Positions 12,284-26,269 of a stretch of 64,000 nt of DNA are shown piece after piece. This DNA is from Octopus sinensis (Eukaryota). The notes under the pieces were generated by a model. That model was not told where the DNA came from and ran no database searches. It saw nothing but the letters and a program-made list of their open reading frames with translations. Positions within the stretch are counted from its first letter, which is position 1, and each line of letters starts with the position of its first letter. The stretch lies in contig NC_043001.1 in assembly GCF_006345805.1 (NCBI RefSeq), positions 97,836,001 through 97,900,000 on the forward strand. The letters are read 5' to 3'. The translations under genes and the position numbers were made by a program.

Positions 12284-12642
12284 TGATTATAGTTTTAGTT
12301 ATATAATTTTAGTTTGTCATGAGGATGTAAATTGCAAAATAGGTTCATGTTAGATAGACCTCAAGATTGGCAATATAATCGTTTTAATGTGGTATTGTAT
12401 TTAGTGACATTCTATTTCAGCAATATCTAGGAATATGTTGTCATGAAACACGCGTAATCTAGATAATATAAAGAATATCATTTGAAATAAGAATTGAAGG
12501 TATTAATTTGGATAATTTGGAATAAGAATTGTAGGTATTAATTTTGATAATTTTAAGGTGTATTCCTATATGTACATAGTGTAGATAACGTCATCCAATG
12601 AAGATTGAGTTGCTTGAAGGTGATTTTGTCTCTTAAACCTAT

Positions 12643-12685
<43 letters not shown>

Positions 12686-13329
12686 ATACAGTTAGTAATT
12701 CCTTTTAGTACCACTAAATTGAACTTCTCTCCCCTGTGGACTCGGAAATAACTTCCCTGTAATTTTGTAATATGAAATTACCAGGTTTTAGAAAAGAATA
12801 CTAAGGTCGATATATTTGGTTAAAACTCTTTAAAGTGATGCTCCAGCCTGACTGTTGTTCAATGACTGAAAGAAGCAACGTATAACTATTATTGCGAAAT
12901 AATGTAAATATTTCAATATATATATGACAATTACAATTACTTCGTTTAGTCATAGTACTTGTTACGGCTTCCGACAATAGCAACACTCAGCCGACAATAT
13001 CAGTTACAGCTCACGTTAGTACAAGTTAAATTAATGTTGTGACATTAAAATATTCATATATCTCTGAAGTGTTATAGCTTAAATCGAATTACAGTCCATA
13101 TTTTAATGTCGTCTAGTAAATTAAGATACAAGTACGATATACACTATCATCTAAAATACACTGTACTCATCGTTTTACATTTTCTTAAGAGCATGTATGT
13201 TATTCAAACTTCCTAGCTCTGCAAATTGTACAAAAGTAGTCCTGAAATTAGCACTGCAAAGATTTGCACCATTTCCATTATACGTGAAAGCAATATTGAT
13301 ATTGAGCTATTATAAGGCGAAATTTTTAT

Positions 13330-13945
13330 GAAGCCTGCCATAAAGCTTACTGAATTTCATTCGACTATACGTTCTAACTTCAAATTACAGCAAGTTCGTA
13401 TTTGCCTTTCTTATTTTCGGGTTTTATAAAAGAAAAACCAGTTGAGTACTGGGGTCGATTTCCCAAACCTGCTAGCCTTGTGTAAAAAAAGTGAAAACAA
13501 TATTAACGCACAATAAGGCGGCGAGTTGACAGAATATTTTGGAAGACGCATTTCGTTAGTATTTATATTCTAGATACTTTTCTACTCTAGGCACTATGCC
13601 TGAAATTTTTTTGGGGTGGGGCAGTCAGTACGCAACAGGTATTTAATTTATCGACCCCGAAAGGATGAAAGGCAAAGTCGTCTTCGGCAGAATTCGAGCT
13701 CAACGTAAAGACAGAGGAAATGCCTATTTCTTTACTACCCACAGGGGGCTAAACACAGAGGGGACAAACAAGGACAGACAAACGGATTAAGTCGCTTATA
13801 TCGACCCCAGTGCGTAACTGGTACTTAATTTATCGACCCCGAAAATATGAAAGGCAAAGTCGACCTCGGCGGAATTTGAACTCAGAACGTAAAGGCAGCG
13901 AAATACGGGTACACATTTCGCCTGGCGTGCTAATGTTTCAGCCAA
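13330..13945. mobile_element. Nin-SINE fragments (+ at 13330-13490; multimer on - at 13575-13945)
   Basis: Family consensus motifs. Confidence 0.8.
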
Positions 13946-14458
13946 GATTGAAATTTCGTAGAGGTTCATTTGCATTTTAATGTTTTTGGGTTCGATGCTT
14001 CGATTTTCACTTATTCCAAAATTGTTGGTCTTGTTCCAAAATTTCAAAGCAATATTTAATTATAAGGCGTGATCAATGTCTTTCTATTTTATTTTCTTGT
14101 TTAGTTGAATCAATTTTGAAATGATGTCTCGGAACACTGGCACAAGATATTGGTCTCATCCATTTCTAATTCGTATGCTTCTTCTCAACATTCACCATAA
14201 AATTAATCTACAGGATCGTTTTAAATGCGATCATCCAAGATAAAATAAGTTGTCAGTCTACGCCTGTATGAGAAATGGATTTGTCACGGATGGGACACCT
14301 TCTATCCTACTTACCGTCATACACTGCCAAAATTCATCACCGTGAACAACTACATTTATGTTGCAACTACTTGCAACATAAATGATTTATCTACGATCAT
14401 AAGTAGCAAATTCGAATGTACCAACACAATTGATCAGTCAATAAATATAGAAAAACAA

Positions 14459-14890
14459 GGCGGCGATCTGGCAGAAACATTAGCACGCCGGTTCAAATGC
14501 CTGGCGTTAATTCGTCTGTCTTGACATTCTGAGTTCAATTTCCGCCGAGGTCGAATTTGCATTTTATCCTTTCGGGGTCGATAAAAATAAGTACCAGTTA
14601 CGCACTGGGGTCGATGTAATCGACTTAACCCATTTATCTGTCCTTGTTTGTCCCCTCTTATATTTAGCCCCTTCTGGGCAATAAACAAATAAGGAATTTA
14701 GCACGCCGGGCGAAATACCCAGCAGTATTTCATCTGTCTTGATTTTCTGAGTTCAAATTCCGCCGATGTCGACTTGGCATTTTATCCTTTCGGGGTCGAT
14801 AAATTAAGTACCAGTTGGGGACTGTGGTCGATCTAATCGACTGGCCTTCCACCCCTAAATTTCGGTTCTTGTGCCTACAGTAGAAAAGAC
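14459..14890 (+). mobile_element. Nin-SINE dimer
   Basis: ggcggcgatctggcagaaacattagcacgcc head; two Nin cores; final tail ccttgtgcctacagtagaaa. Confidence 0.88.
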
Positions 14891-15194
14891 TAAAAACATC
14901 CGGCTAATAATCCTTTCTTCTTAGGAGGTTCTCAAGACATTCCGCATTTTCTTACTGAACTACCCGCACGAATGACATGGTAACGTACATATGCACACTC
15001 CCACCATCAAATCGACATTACCAGTACAAGTATAGATATGCCAAACGTTAAAAAAAAACGAAATGTATCGTAGAGCAACGCGAAACAAAACGTTTTGTTT
15101 AAAGAAACACAACACGACTCGTAGCAAAGGAAGTGAAACCTGATATCGCTCTCGTGAGTGGTTATAATTTTTTAGTTTGTGTGGCAGTGTAAAT

Positions 15195-15412
15195 ATATAT
15201 TTCTTTACTGCCCATAAGGAGCTAAACATAGAGGGGACAAACAAGGACAGGCAAAGGGATTAAGTCGATTACATTGACCCCAGTGTGAAACTGGTACTTT
15301 ATTTGAAAGGCAAAGTAAACCTCGGCGGAATTTCAACTCAGAACGTAACGGCAGATGAAAAACGGGTACACATTTCGCCCGGCGTGCTAATGTTTCTGCC
15401 AGCTCGTCGCCT
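15195..15412 (-). mobile_element. Nin-SINE
   Basis: Family consensus motifs. Confidence 0.85.
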
Positions 15413-16031
15413 TGATAATAAGCTTAGTTTACATACTGTTCATGAAAAGGGAAATCTAATGGGATGAGCCTTTTCGAATCGCGTAAATTTAATTTTCTTC
15501 CTTATTATTTCCTTAAAATTATTTTACTGATACAGGAATCCTTGCTAAACCTCAATGCAACACATTATTGCTAACGTTCATCTTTGGCTTCAATTCTGAT
15601 TTTCCGCAATTCATATGTGTGACACTAGGAGTCAGAGATCAACGTTCAACCTTCTGTGATTTTTAAATATTTAAATGTATGCATAATTTCTCGCGAAGAA
15701 CAGACGATGCAATTATATTTCACCAGCAGATTTTCTCAGAATTTACATTTCTTAACTTTTGTTACATTTGCAAACACACTCATCTTTTACATTATCCTTT
15801 AGCCGACATCTCTCAATCATACACAACTGATTTTCATTTTCACAATTCAATTTACGCTATGTGTCGTTCTACCGTGTTAATATGTGTATATTTGCGAAGA
15901 TGAACTACATGCACCTTGCATATATTCACAAACACACACACACACACACACGCAGAGTTTAACGCTATTTCTTTTATGTATTATATTTATTTATGCCTCA
16001 CCCTCTCACTCACTATATACATCTCCGCTAA

Positions 16032-16096
<65 letters not shown>

Positions 16097-16226
16097 ATAT
16101 ATATATATATATATTATATATATAGTAAAAGCAATTAAGATTCAAGTGAGTTCTATTGAATTCACTTGAATGCGGTTCTTAAATTAGATGCACCACAAAA
16201 CTATATGGTATTAACCATTTTTTCTC

Positions 16227-16272
<46 letters not shown>

Positions 16273-16350
16273 AAATATTAGGGAATAAATCCAAACTTAC
16301 AGGGAAAAATCAGATTTAGGATTGAATCCAATTTTATAGTAAAATATTAT

Positions 16351-16782
16351 ATTATATTAAATTTGAGATAAAACCACTATTAGGCAAATCATACAATGAA
16401 AAACTTAAGCCAATACATAAGATTAATTAATTTATATCATTTTAAATATATATCAAAATTATTAAAAAAAGATAATTAGTATAACTAGTAGATAATTAGT
16501 AGCCGAAAGCCATAGAAACACTAATATGACCTAGTTTAGCAACGGGAGAAAATAACTCTCAAAGACTAGAACATCTACAATATCTTATATTTCAATCACC
16601 TGAAGAATGACTGTAACTCGAATTGAACAGCCATGAAACGATCGTAGTGTTATACTAATTATCTTTCTTTAATAATTTTGATATATATTTAAAATAATAT
16701 AAATTAATTAATATTATGTATTGGCTTAAGTTTTTCATTGTATGATTTGCCTAATAGTGGTTTTATCTCTAATTTAATATAA

Positions 16783-16783
<1 letters not shown>
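16351..16783. repeat. 135-bp inverted repeat with 163-nt spacer (PLE-terminus-like)
   Basis: Arms 16351-16485 and 16649-16783, few mismatches; lies between (TA)n tracts. Confidence 0.9.
16597..16649 (+). ncRNA. Type I hammerhead ribozyme motif
   Basis: cac-CTGAAGA-atgactgt[12 nt]acagccat-GAAA-cgatcg-TA-gtg; intact core, helix II 7/8 bp, palindromic helix III ACGATCGT, GUA site after 16646, helix I 3 bp. Confidence 0.7.
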
Positions 16784-16849
<66 letters not shown>

Positions 16850-16912
16850 TAAAAACGGTAAGATAACAAAAGAAAGCAAAAGACCTCAATATTATGTAAA
16901 TAGAGGAAATTT

Positions 16913-17126
16913 ATCTGTAAAATAATATGTGACAATTATTCAATAGCCAAGATAAAACTCTGAGTTTCGGATGCTGAGGTGGAAATCCACAACACCATCT
17001 CTTTTTTTATAGCGTTTTTCAGATGGCCAGATAACCGAAGAGATGGTGTTGTCGATTTCCACCTCGGCATCCAAAACTCAGAGTTTTATCCTGGCTATTG
17101 AATAATTGTCACATATTATTTTACAG

Positions 17127-17128
<2 letters not shown>
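16913..17128. repeat. 91-bp inverted repeat with 34-nt spacer, containing a degenerate hammerhead
   Basis: Arms 16913-17003 and 17038-17128. Confidence 0.9.
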
Positions 17129-17157
<29 letters not shown>

Positions 17158-17504
17158 AACGAAGAAAAGAAAGACTCCATTGATAGTTCTAATCAGTTTA
17201 ATTTATCATTTTTTCCATTTTTTTAAATATGAATTTTACTTCATAGATCTAGCAAGTTCTTGGGTGTGGAGAATTCTTAAAAACATTTTCTTCCTTCTTC
17301 ACTTCTTTGGAGAATTTTCTCGCATTCTTTGTCAAACAGATCTAAGGATTTTTGATTTTCAGAGTGAAAAACTGTTGATGAATGGTAGCTGAAAGAAAGT
17401 AGTAAATGGTCAACAGAAGATACTTGATTGGAGGTGGAGTAGGGAGGTGGTGGGTGTTAAAGGAGTATTTTGTGAAGCCATTTAAATACTCTTTACTCTC
17501 TCTT

Positions 17505-17892
17505 TTACTTGTTTCAGTCATTTGATTACGGCCATGCTGGAGCCCCGCCTTTAGTCGAGCAAATCGAGCCCGGGACTTATTCTTTGTAAGCCCAGTACTT
17601 ATTCTATCGATCTCTTTTTGCCGAACCGCTAGGTGACGAGGACGTAAACACACCAGCATTGGTTGTCAAGCAATGCTAGGGGGACAAACACAGACACACA
17701 AACACACACACACACACACATATATATACATATAAACGACTGGCTTCTTTCAGTTTCCGTCTACGAAATCCACTCACAAGGCATTGGTCGGCCCGGAGCT
17801 ATAGCAGAAGACACTTGCCCAAGATGCCACGCAGTGGGACTGAACCCGGAACCATGTGGTTGGTTAGCAAGCTACTTACCACACAGCCACTC
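17505..17892 (-). mobile_element. SINE family C (tRNA-like head, gcaccttgggcaagtgtc core, internal CA/TA microsatellite)
   Basis: Full-length match to the other family C copies. Confidence 0.9.
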
Positions 17893-18334
17893 TGCACATT
17901 ATTTTTTACAAATATACCCAAGCGTACCAAGGATCTCATACGCCTAATAGTTGACATTTTATCAGAAATCTAATGACCATATGTTTTTTCCAAATTGTTC
18001 CTCTTAGTAATTTTCTATGTTTTAGGTGTCTGTCTGGCTGGTCCTGTTAATCAGGTGTAAGATACATGTCTTTTGATAAAAATATTTTTTATTATGTATA
18101 ATGGTTTCGAAGTAGAAGTAAGAAAGATTAAGCTAGCACATTTATTTCCCTATAAACAAAATAGTATATATACATTTCTTTCCCCCTCTCTCTCTCTCTC
18201 TCCACACACATACACACACACACGCACACACACATATACATATAGAATTTATATTATTGAAAAATTAAAAAATGATAAATTAAACTGATTAGAATTACCA
18301 GTGAAGTCTCTTTCTCTCTTTCTTTTTCTCACTT

Positions 18335-18727
18335 TCATTTGTTTCAGTCATTTGACTGCGGCCATGCTGGAGCACCGCTTTTAGTTGAGCAAATCGATTT
18401 CAGAGCTTATTTTGTGTAAGCCTAGTACTTATTCTATCGGTCTCTTTTGCCGAACCGCTAGGTTACGGGGACGTAAACACACCACCATCTGTTGTCAAGC
18501 GATGTTGGGGGACAAACACGGACACACAAATATATATACACACACACACGCATATATATATATACATTTACGACGGGATTCTTCCAGTTTCCATCCACCA
18601 AATCCACTTAGAAGGCTTTAGTCGGCCCGAGGCTATAGTAGAATACACTTGGCCAAGTGAGCCACGCAGTGGGACTGAACCCATGACCATGTTGTTCTTA
18701 AGCAAGCTACTTACCTCACAGCCACTC
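18335..18727 (-). mobile_element. SINE family C
   Basis: As above. Confidence 0.9.
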
Positions 18728-19564
18728 TGCACATTATTTTTTTCAAATATACCCAAGTGTACCAAGGATTTCATACATATTCCTATACATATATGTATAT
18801 GTGCAAATGTCATTCTTTTGTTTACATATATGTATTATGTGATGCCTTCACTAATTCATCCCCCGCATATCTTTTTCCCTATATTTTCCTATCACTTACA
18901 TTGCCTTCCGTTGAATTTAGTTTTCTTCATTGTCAGTAATTTCTTGACACTTTATAATTAATCTCTGAAGATAATCCGAATCATTTCACAATTTTCAGAA
19001 TATGCTTATTAACGTAATACCTGTACGCATCCTGTTACGCTTCAATTGATTAAATTAATTAAAGGATACTTCAGATTCCTTAATATTATCACACCTACAA
19101 AATCAGAATATCAATAGATTATTCTCTGAAAGTATTCCCCGTGTCATTGTAATTACCTAATACTTGTTATATTACATGCTGTTTAAAAAGGAACAAAGGC
19201 ACTGGATTTCTAGAATGCATTCTATCATTTAGCAAATACATGCTTCGTATGTTTCTAAAATAATCCATTAAATTTACTTCTTCTTATTTCTGTTTATCTG
19301 GGATTGATTGATTGATTGATTCTAGTTTCAGCTTATGAGTTGTGGCCATTAAGGCCATTGATTTTTTTCCAGAATAACTGCCATTTATGTTGATTTTAGT
19401 TGATTTAGATTGTAAGTATCTTTAATGCAAGATCCATATTTTATTTTATTTCTTTTCAATTCCTTACACACCAGCAGTTATTTTGATTTGAAGGTTACTG
19501 AGATAATAATGCAGGGTAATCGTGAGAATGATATTAACGTTAATTGCATGTCTTCAAAATACAA

Positions 19565-19985
19565 ATATCTTATTTCTTTATTGCCCACAAGGAGCTAAAC
19601 ATAGATGGGACAAATAAGGACAGACAAATGGATTATGTCGACTACCTCGACCTCAGTGCATAAATGGTACTTAATTTATTGACCCCGAATGAAGAAAGGC
19701 AAAGTCGACCTCGGCGGAATTTGAACTCAGAAAGTAACGGCAGACGAAATACCTATTTCTTTACTACCCACAAGGATCTAAACACAGAAAGGACAAACAA
19801 GGACATACAAACGGATTAAATTAATTATATCGACCCCAGTGCGTAACTGGTACTTATTTAATCGACCCCGAAAGGATGAAAGGGAAAGTCGACCTCGGCG
19901 GAATTTGAACTCACAATGTAGCGGCAGACGAAATACAGCTCAGCATTTCGCCCGGTGCGCTAACGTTTCAGCCAGCTCGCCGTCT
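19565..19985 (-). mobile_element. Nin-SINE dimer
   Basis: Two cores joined at gaaatacctatttc. Confidence 0.9.
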
Positions 19986-20623
19986 TCAAAATACAAATAT
20001 CTTATGGAAGCAAATAGAATATTTTTCACGCTTATATACTTTTGATTATTTGTATTCTTACTTTATTCCGTTACAGTCATTGTCGAGCAGATATGCAGCT
20101 AAATCACTTAAAAGGATTGTGTTGATCAAATCGACATTAATATTTAATCTTATCCTCTGACTGATAGTTGTCCTATTTCTGACGTTTACAAAAGAAGAGA
20201 CAAAGCAGCAATAGATAGCAAGCGGATGGGGGACTATCACATACACACGTGTCTGTGTACTTGTGTGTGTGTGTGGGGGGGTATGTGTGTGTGCGGGTGC
20301 GTGTGTATATGCGAAATTACGATAAGAACAGTTTTATTCTATTAGTTTCTACGTATATTCACGATGGCGGCATTGTGGTTGCCTGGAACTCTGCTTTTTC
20401 ATACTGCATCAACAGTGGGGCCTTAATCCTGAACTGAAAATCGTCATATTTTAATGGAGTAATAAGAATACGAATTCGGTTGCAGATACTGCACGTCTAA
20501 ACTCTGTCTTCTTCGTGGCATTTTAGATGATATATACTAAATATTATTGCTCTGAACTGAAGATATTTCTCAGGAAACATCTTCGTTTCTAAATACATTA
20601 ATACGTATTTATATGCGTGTCAA

Positions 20624-20684
<61 letters not shown>

Positions 20685-20690
20685 CTCCCC

Positions 20691-20771
<81 letters not shown>

Positions 20772-20772
<1 letters not shown>

Positions 20773-21110
20773 AAGGCGCATGGCTCAGTGGTTAGAGCGT
20801 CGAGTTTACGATCGTGAGGTTGTGAGCTCGAATCCCGGACCGGGCTGTGTGTTGTGTTCTTGAGCAAGGCACTTTATTTCACGTTGCTCCAGTTCACTCA
20901 GCTGTAGAAATGAGTTGCGACGTCACTGGTGCCAAGCTGTATCGACCTTTGTCTTTCCCTTGGATAACACTGGTGGCGTGGAGAGGGGAGGCTGGTATGC
21001 ATGGGCGACTGCTGGTTTTCCATAAACAACCTTGCCCGGACTTGTGTCTAGGAGGGTAACTTTCTAGGTGTAATCCCATGGTCATTCATGACCGAAGGGG
21101 GTCTTTACTT
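20772..21110 (+). mobile_element. tRNA-derived SINE family A
   Basis: A-box tggctcagtgg, B-box-like gctcgaatcc, core gtgttcttgagcaaggcactttatttcacgttgctcc; close copy at 59968. Confidence 0.9.
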
Positions 21111-21114
21111 TAAA

Positions 21115-21270
21115 TGAGTTCATGTCCCGCGGAGGCCGATTTTGCCTTTTATCCTTTCGGGGTAGAATAAATAAGTACGCACTGGGTCGGTATAATTGAC
21201 TTAATCCGTTTTCCGTCCTTGTTTGTCCCCTTTCTGTGTAGCCCCTTGTGAGCAGTAAAGAAATAAGAAT
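21115..21270 (+). mobile_element. Nin-SINE 3' part
   Basis: Nin core plus gtttgtcccc tail. Confidence 0.75.
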
Positions 21271-21829
21271 TAGTAATCAAAGAAAGAACTACAAAAGCCT
21301 ATCAACAACCTGAAAATAAGGTGAAATACATACATACATATATATGTGTGTGTGTGTATGTATATATGTATGCATGCGTGTATGTATATGTATGTATGCA
21401 GGTATGTGTGTATGTATATGGAGGTGTCACAATGTTCTAAAAGAAATGTGTTACGTTTAGTAGTGCATTTATTTAATTGATCAGTTTCCGTAAAATAGAT
21501 ATGAATAACATTAATTGGTTAAATCATTCCATAAAATATACTGACTGTATGGAAATATAGTCTTGTAATACGTACGCACATGTGTGTGCCTCTGAGTGTG
21601 AGAGACGCTATGTGCTTGTGTACTTCTTTGTAAGCAGAATATTCTAATATGAATCCACTTGATCAACGATTTATAAAATATGCAGGCTAAAAATTTAGAG
21701 CACTTACGAAATATAAGCTAATACGTATTAAGTTATATTGTATATTAAGATTTACACTTAACTCTCTTTAATTTTTTCTCAATGATAACCCTTATCGTTG
21801 TATGTTATATATATTCACATGTATATGAT

Positions 21830-21985
21830 CGTAGAGGTGAAAAGCTTGCTTCCTACCTACATAGTTTTCTGTTTAATTGCACTGCATGGCATCTTCAGCT
21901 AGTGTCTTCTAGAAGTCTTCGGGGGTGACCTAAGCCTTGAAAATTGTTTTATTAGACGGAAACTGATAGAAACCCGTCGTACACA
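21830..21985 (+). mobile_element. Degenerate SINE family C 5' half
   Basis: agtgtcttct...gacctaagccttg...agacggaaactgatagaaacccgtcg. Confidence 0.55.
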
Positions 21986-22074
21986 CATACACACACATAT
22001 ATGGGTGTATATTTGTATGCATATATATATATTGCATGTTTCCAGTGGTATATATATATATATATATATAATAT

Positions 22075-22118
<44 letters not shown>

Positions 22119-22363
22119 TAGATAGATAGATATATATATATAGACAAATATATATTCATGCATATATATACATGTGTGTGTGAGTGTGTGTATGTGTGTA
22201 TATATTTACGTTCGCTGTCAGTATATATATATGTAATCATGCGCGTTGACTGCAGCTTCAGATCAGTTTAGCTCTTATTTTTAGCACTGTAGGTGCTCTA
22301 GTACCCTCTGTCATACTTATGTTATATTGAAAATAAAAATTGTGTTACATTGCTAAACTGCTG

Positions 22364-22403
<40 letters not shown>

Positions 22404-22419
22404 CAGTTCATCCAAACAT

Positions 22420-22920
<501 letters not shown>

Positions 22921-24121
22921 GTAGGAACTAACGATCTATCACGAGAGAGAGAGAGAGAGAGATAGAGAGAGAGAAAATATGTGTGAAGCTTGACAGCCGG
23001 TATTTCTTCGTTAACTTTCCTATAAACTAGCGCTTGGTCAAAAAGAAACGACAGAATAAATACCAAACTTTAAAAATGTAGTTGAAATGTAAATAGCGGA
23101 GTACAGAACGGACAATTTCAGACTGACGAACGTTTGTAAGGAGAACAGAATTGCCGAATTGGAAATAAGGCTTTATTCAACTTCTTTGACAGACAGATAT
23201 GGTAGACAAATAATAATTTTCGCAGCGTGTTGAGAATGGGTTAACGACAACGACATGCAGTTTGGTAGTGAAAATCTAGCCGAAATAGTTACGTATAAAA
23301 AATACTTACATGAACAGCCTGTATATTTTCGTATGAACATGTATACGCAAAAGACATAAACATGCATTCTCATTTTCTTTGTCGACTTATACGGAGCAGC
23401 TTTTCCCGTAAAATTTTCCCCCAATGTTCCTTTGTACCTTATATGCAAATGGTCAGGTTTTCGGCAGAGTTGGTTAGTGTTATTTTAGATGGACAGTGCT
23501 AGTTACGATAGAGGTCAGTTGTGATATTTGCTTTGCCTGTCATAATAATTTACCAAAGATCGTCAGTCTAAATTGTGATGGTTCTTATACATGTAACTGT
23601 GTAAGATATTCAGCTTGGGGTTTCAGGGTTAGCTGCATTTTTTTACACATGAATTAGGATTGCGATAATTGGGGCACGCCTTATACGCCCGTGTGACTTA
23701 TATATCCGTATGCCGTTCTAAGCTCGAAAATAGAGTACATGTAGCAATTAGTACGTTCGGCCAAGAGAAATATAGTTTATGATAGATCTTCAAAGCTTTC
23801 AACGATTGCTTGATGTAGTAATGTTTACACATCTGGAACATATACAAGAATCATGTTAAGTGTTAATCATTTCTACTTGTTTCATAGATTTCATTGCATC
23901 AGTATGCACGTGGATCTCCGTTAGACACATTATTATATAAAAGAACTGCGGAATTTTTGAAACATTTGTAAAGGTTATTAATGGAAAATATTGTTTCTAC
24001 GACAAATATATATTTTTACGTTTATGTAACAAAAAATATTATGATATAATGCCAAATACACGTACTTGTCTATCATTTGTTTTTCCATTTCTTAGCCTCT
24101 TTCCTTCTCGGGTCTTCTCTG

Positions 24122-24153
<32 letters not shown>

Positions 24154-24644
24154 AACGCAATCACACACACATATGTATGGCGGGTTGTATGTATGTGTTT
24201 CTTTACGCCTGTGTGGTTGGCTGTGTGGCCGTATATGTATGAGTGGCAATGATAAATGTATCTGTTTGCGTATTATATTGAGCATGATTAATGGATCTTA
24301 ATTCTTATCCAATCAATCGTTCTCATATACACACGCCAAATAATTTCAATCTTTAACGGGTTAATCCATCAACTTGTACACTGTGACCATAATTGATACA
24401 GTTCAGTGCTTTAAATATCAGAATCATTGCTTATTGGTTAAAAGCTTCGTTGAATTACAGCGAGAGGGTAAATGTTCCGAAATGGCTGTTCAAGGGAAGA
24501 GCATTACTATACTATACCGAATGTAGCTACATGATTACACAAGAACTAATAATCCCTCTGCCATATGATGGCACAATTTCTCTGATACATAAATGATGTG
24601 TGTGTTAATGTGTCCACATATGAATGTCACTAATGTATATATAT

Positions 24645-25050
24645 GATTCTTATTTCTTTATTGACCACAAGGAGCTAAACATAGAGGGACAAAGAAGGAT
24701 AGACAAAGGGATAAAGTCGATTACATAGATCCCAGTGCGTAACTGGTACATAATTTATCGAACCCGAAATGATCAAACGCAAAGTCGACCTCGGTGAAAT
24801 TTGAACTCAGAACGTAGGGCAGACGAAATACCTATTTCTTTACTACCCACAAGAGGCTACACACAGAGAGGACAAACAAGGACAGACAAACGGATTAAGT
24901 CGATTACATCGACCCCAGTGCGTAACTGGTACTTATTTAATCGACCCCGAAAGGATGAAAGGCAAAGTCGACCTCGGCGGAATTTGAACTCAGAACGTAG
25001 CGGCAGACGAAACACCGCTAAGCATTTCGCCCGGCGTGCTAACATTTCTG
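24645..25050 (-). mobile_element. Nin-SINE dimer
   Basis: Family consensus, same junction. Confidence 0.9.
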
Positions 25051-25079
25051 GAAAGAAAGAACTAAGGTGAAATAAGGAA

Positions 25080-26110
25080 GGAGAGATATCAGGAACTAGA
25101 ACATAGATATAGGATCAAGAAAAGGGGTTAAATGTAGTCCTTCAAGAGTTGAAACGATAACTGCAACGCGAAAGTTATAAGCGTTAAGTGATATGATCAA
25201 AGAATTTAACAGTATTAGATTAGCTGATTGTTCCAAAATGATCAGAGTTTATCAGCAGTTGAAAGGTTAACAGCGGTGAGGAACCTGCTGCTAAACAAAT
25301 TGGGGGAGGTGTTGCAGTAACATCTGGGAGAACGGGAAAATCAAAAAAGGTGGTGAATGGTTGAAGGAATTAAAATTGGAGGAAAACCGTGTAAAAAAGA
25401 TAAAGATAAGGATAACGACTGAAATGGTGAGCGAAGAGACAACAGGAATGTTCCATAGTGGAAATGTCAAGGTTCAGATGTGGAACAAAGATGCTGGATG
25501 ACGAATTTCCTAACATTACACAAAAGAACTGATGGGCAAATGGATGAAATGATCACCGACGAAGTGGATGACCACATGGGAAACCATTCTTTGCCAAAAG
25601 AATTTCAGTATAGTAATGCAGAGGATGATAGATAACTGGGAATGATCGAAAAGTGCAAGTCACAAAAAGATTATATGAATATTGCCAACTAAGAGAGTAA
25701 TTATCATGCAAGGGGCCAAACATAAAGGAGACAAACAAGGACAGACAAAGGGATGAAATCGATTACATCAACCCCAGTGCATAACTGATACTTAATTTAT
25801 CGACACCAAAGGGATGAAAAGCAAGGTCAACCTCGGCAGAATTTGAACTCAGAACGTAGCGGCAGGGGAATACCGCTAAGCATTTCGTGCGGCGTGCTAA
25901 CGTTTCTGCCAGCTCACCGCCTTCATCCAACCAGGTTTGAGAAGTTGTTTGGAAAAATTCGGGATGATATCCCATGCTTAGAGAAATGCGCTCTTGGGGA
26001 CCGTGAGGAATTTGAGATTGTTATTGGATATTAAGTACCATAGAAGAAGACAATGTGAGACCCTTAGCAACAGCAACAGGTTGTTTTCAACCCTTTCAGA
26101 ATTTGCTAGA
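25080..26110 (+). pseudogene. Decayed R4/Dong-clade non-LTR retrotransposon, internally deleted and interrupted by a Nin-SINE (25715-25922, minus)
   Basis: ELEHRYRIKKRG.NVVLQEL, LFQNDQ..VYQQL, EWLKELK, ..CWMTNFLTLHKR, KWMTTWETILLPK (RT N-terminal part); after the SINE, LEKCALGTVRNLRLLLDIK (C-terminus). Confidence 0.75.
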
Positions 26111-26269
26111 GGAAATGAAATCCTGAGCTCTCAGAGGTTTTATTATATAATGGACTCTCCCGTCGAAGACGGCGTACGTGTGTTCAGCTTTTGCCGAACG
26201 ATCTGCCTAAATGATTTGCTTACAGTGATCAAATATTAGTGCCGCATATTACATCACATCTACGTTATC

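Noticed and set aside
20555-20590. CTGAAGA-tatttctcag-GAAA hit
   Set aside because: Helices do not form
20772-20845. tRNA-like sequences with A/B boxes (also 41567, 59968, 3600-3665)
   Set aside because: They run directly into SINE bodies and lack a complete cloverleaf; SINE heads, not tRNA genes
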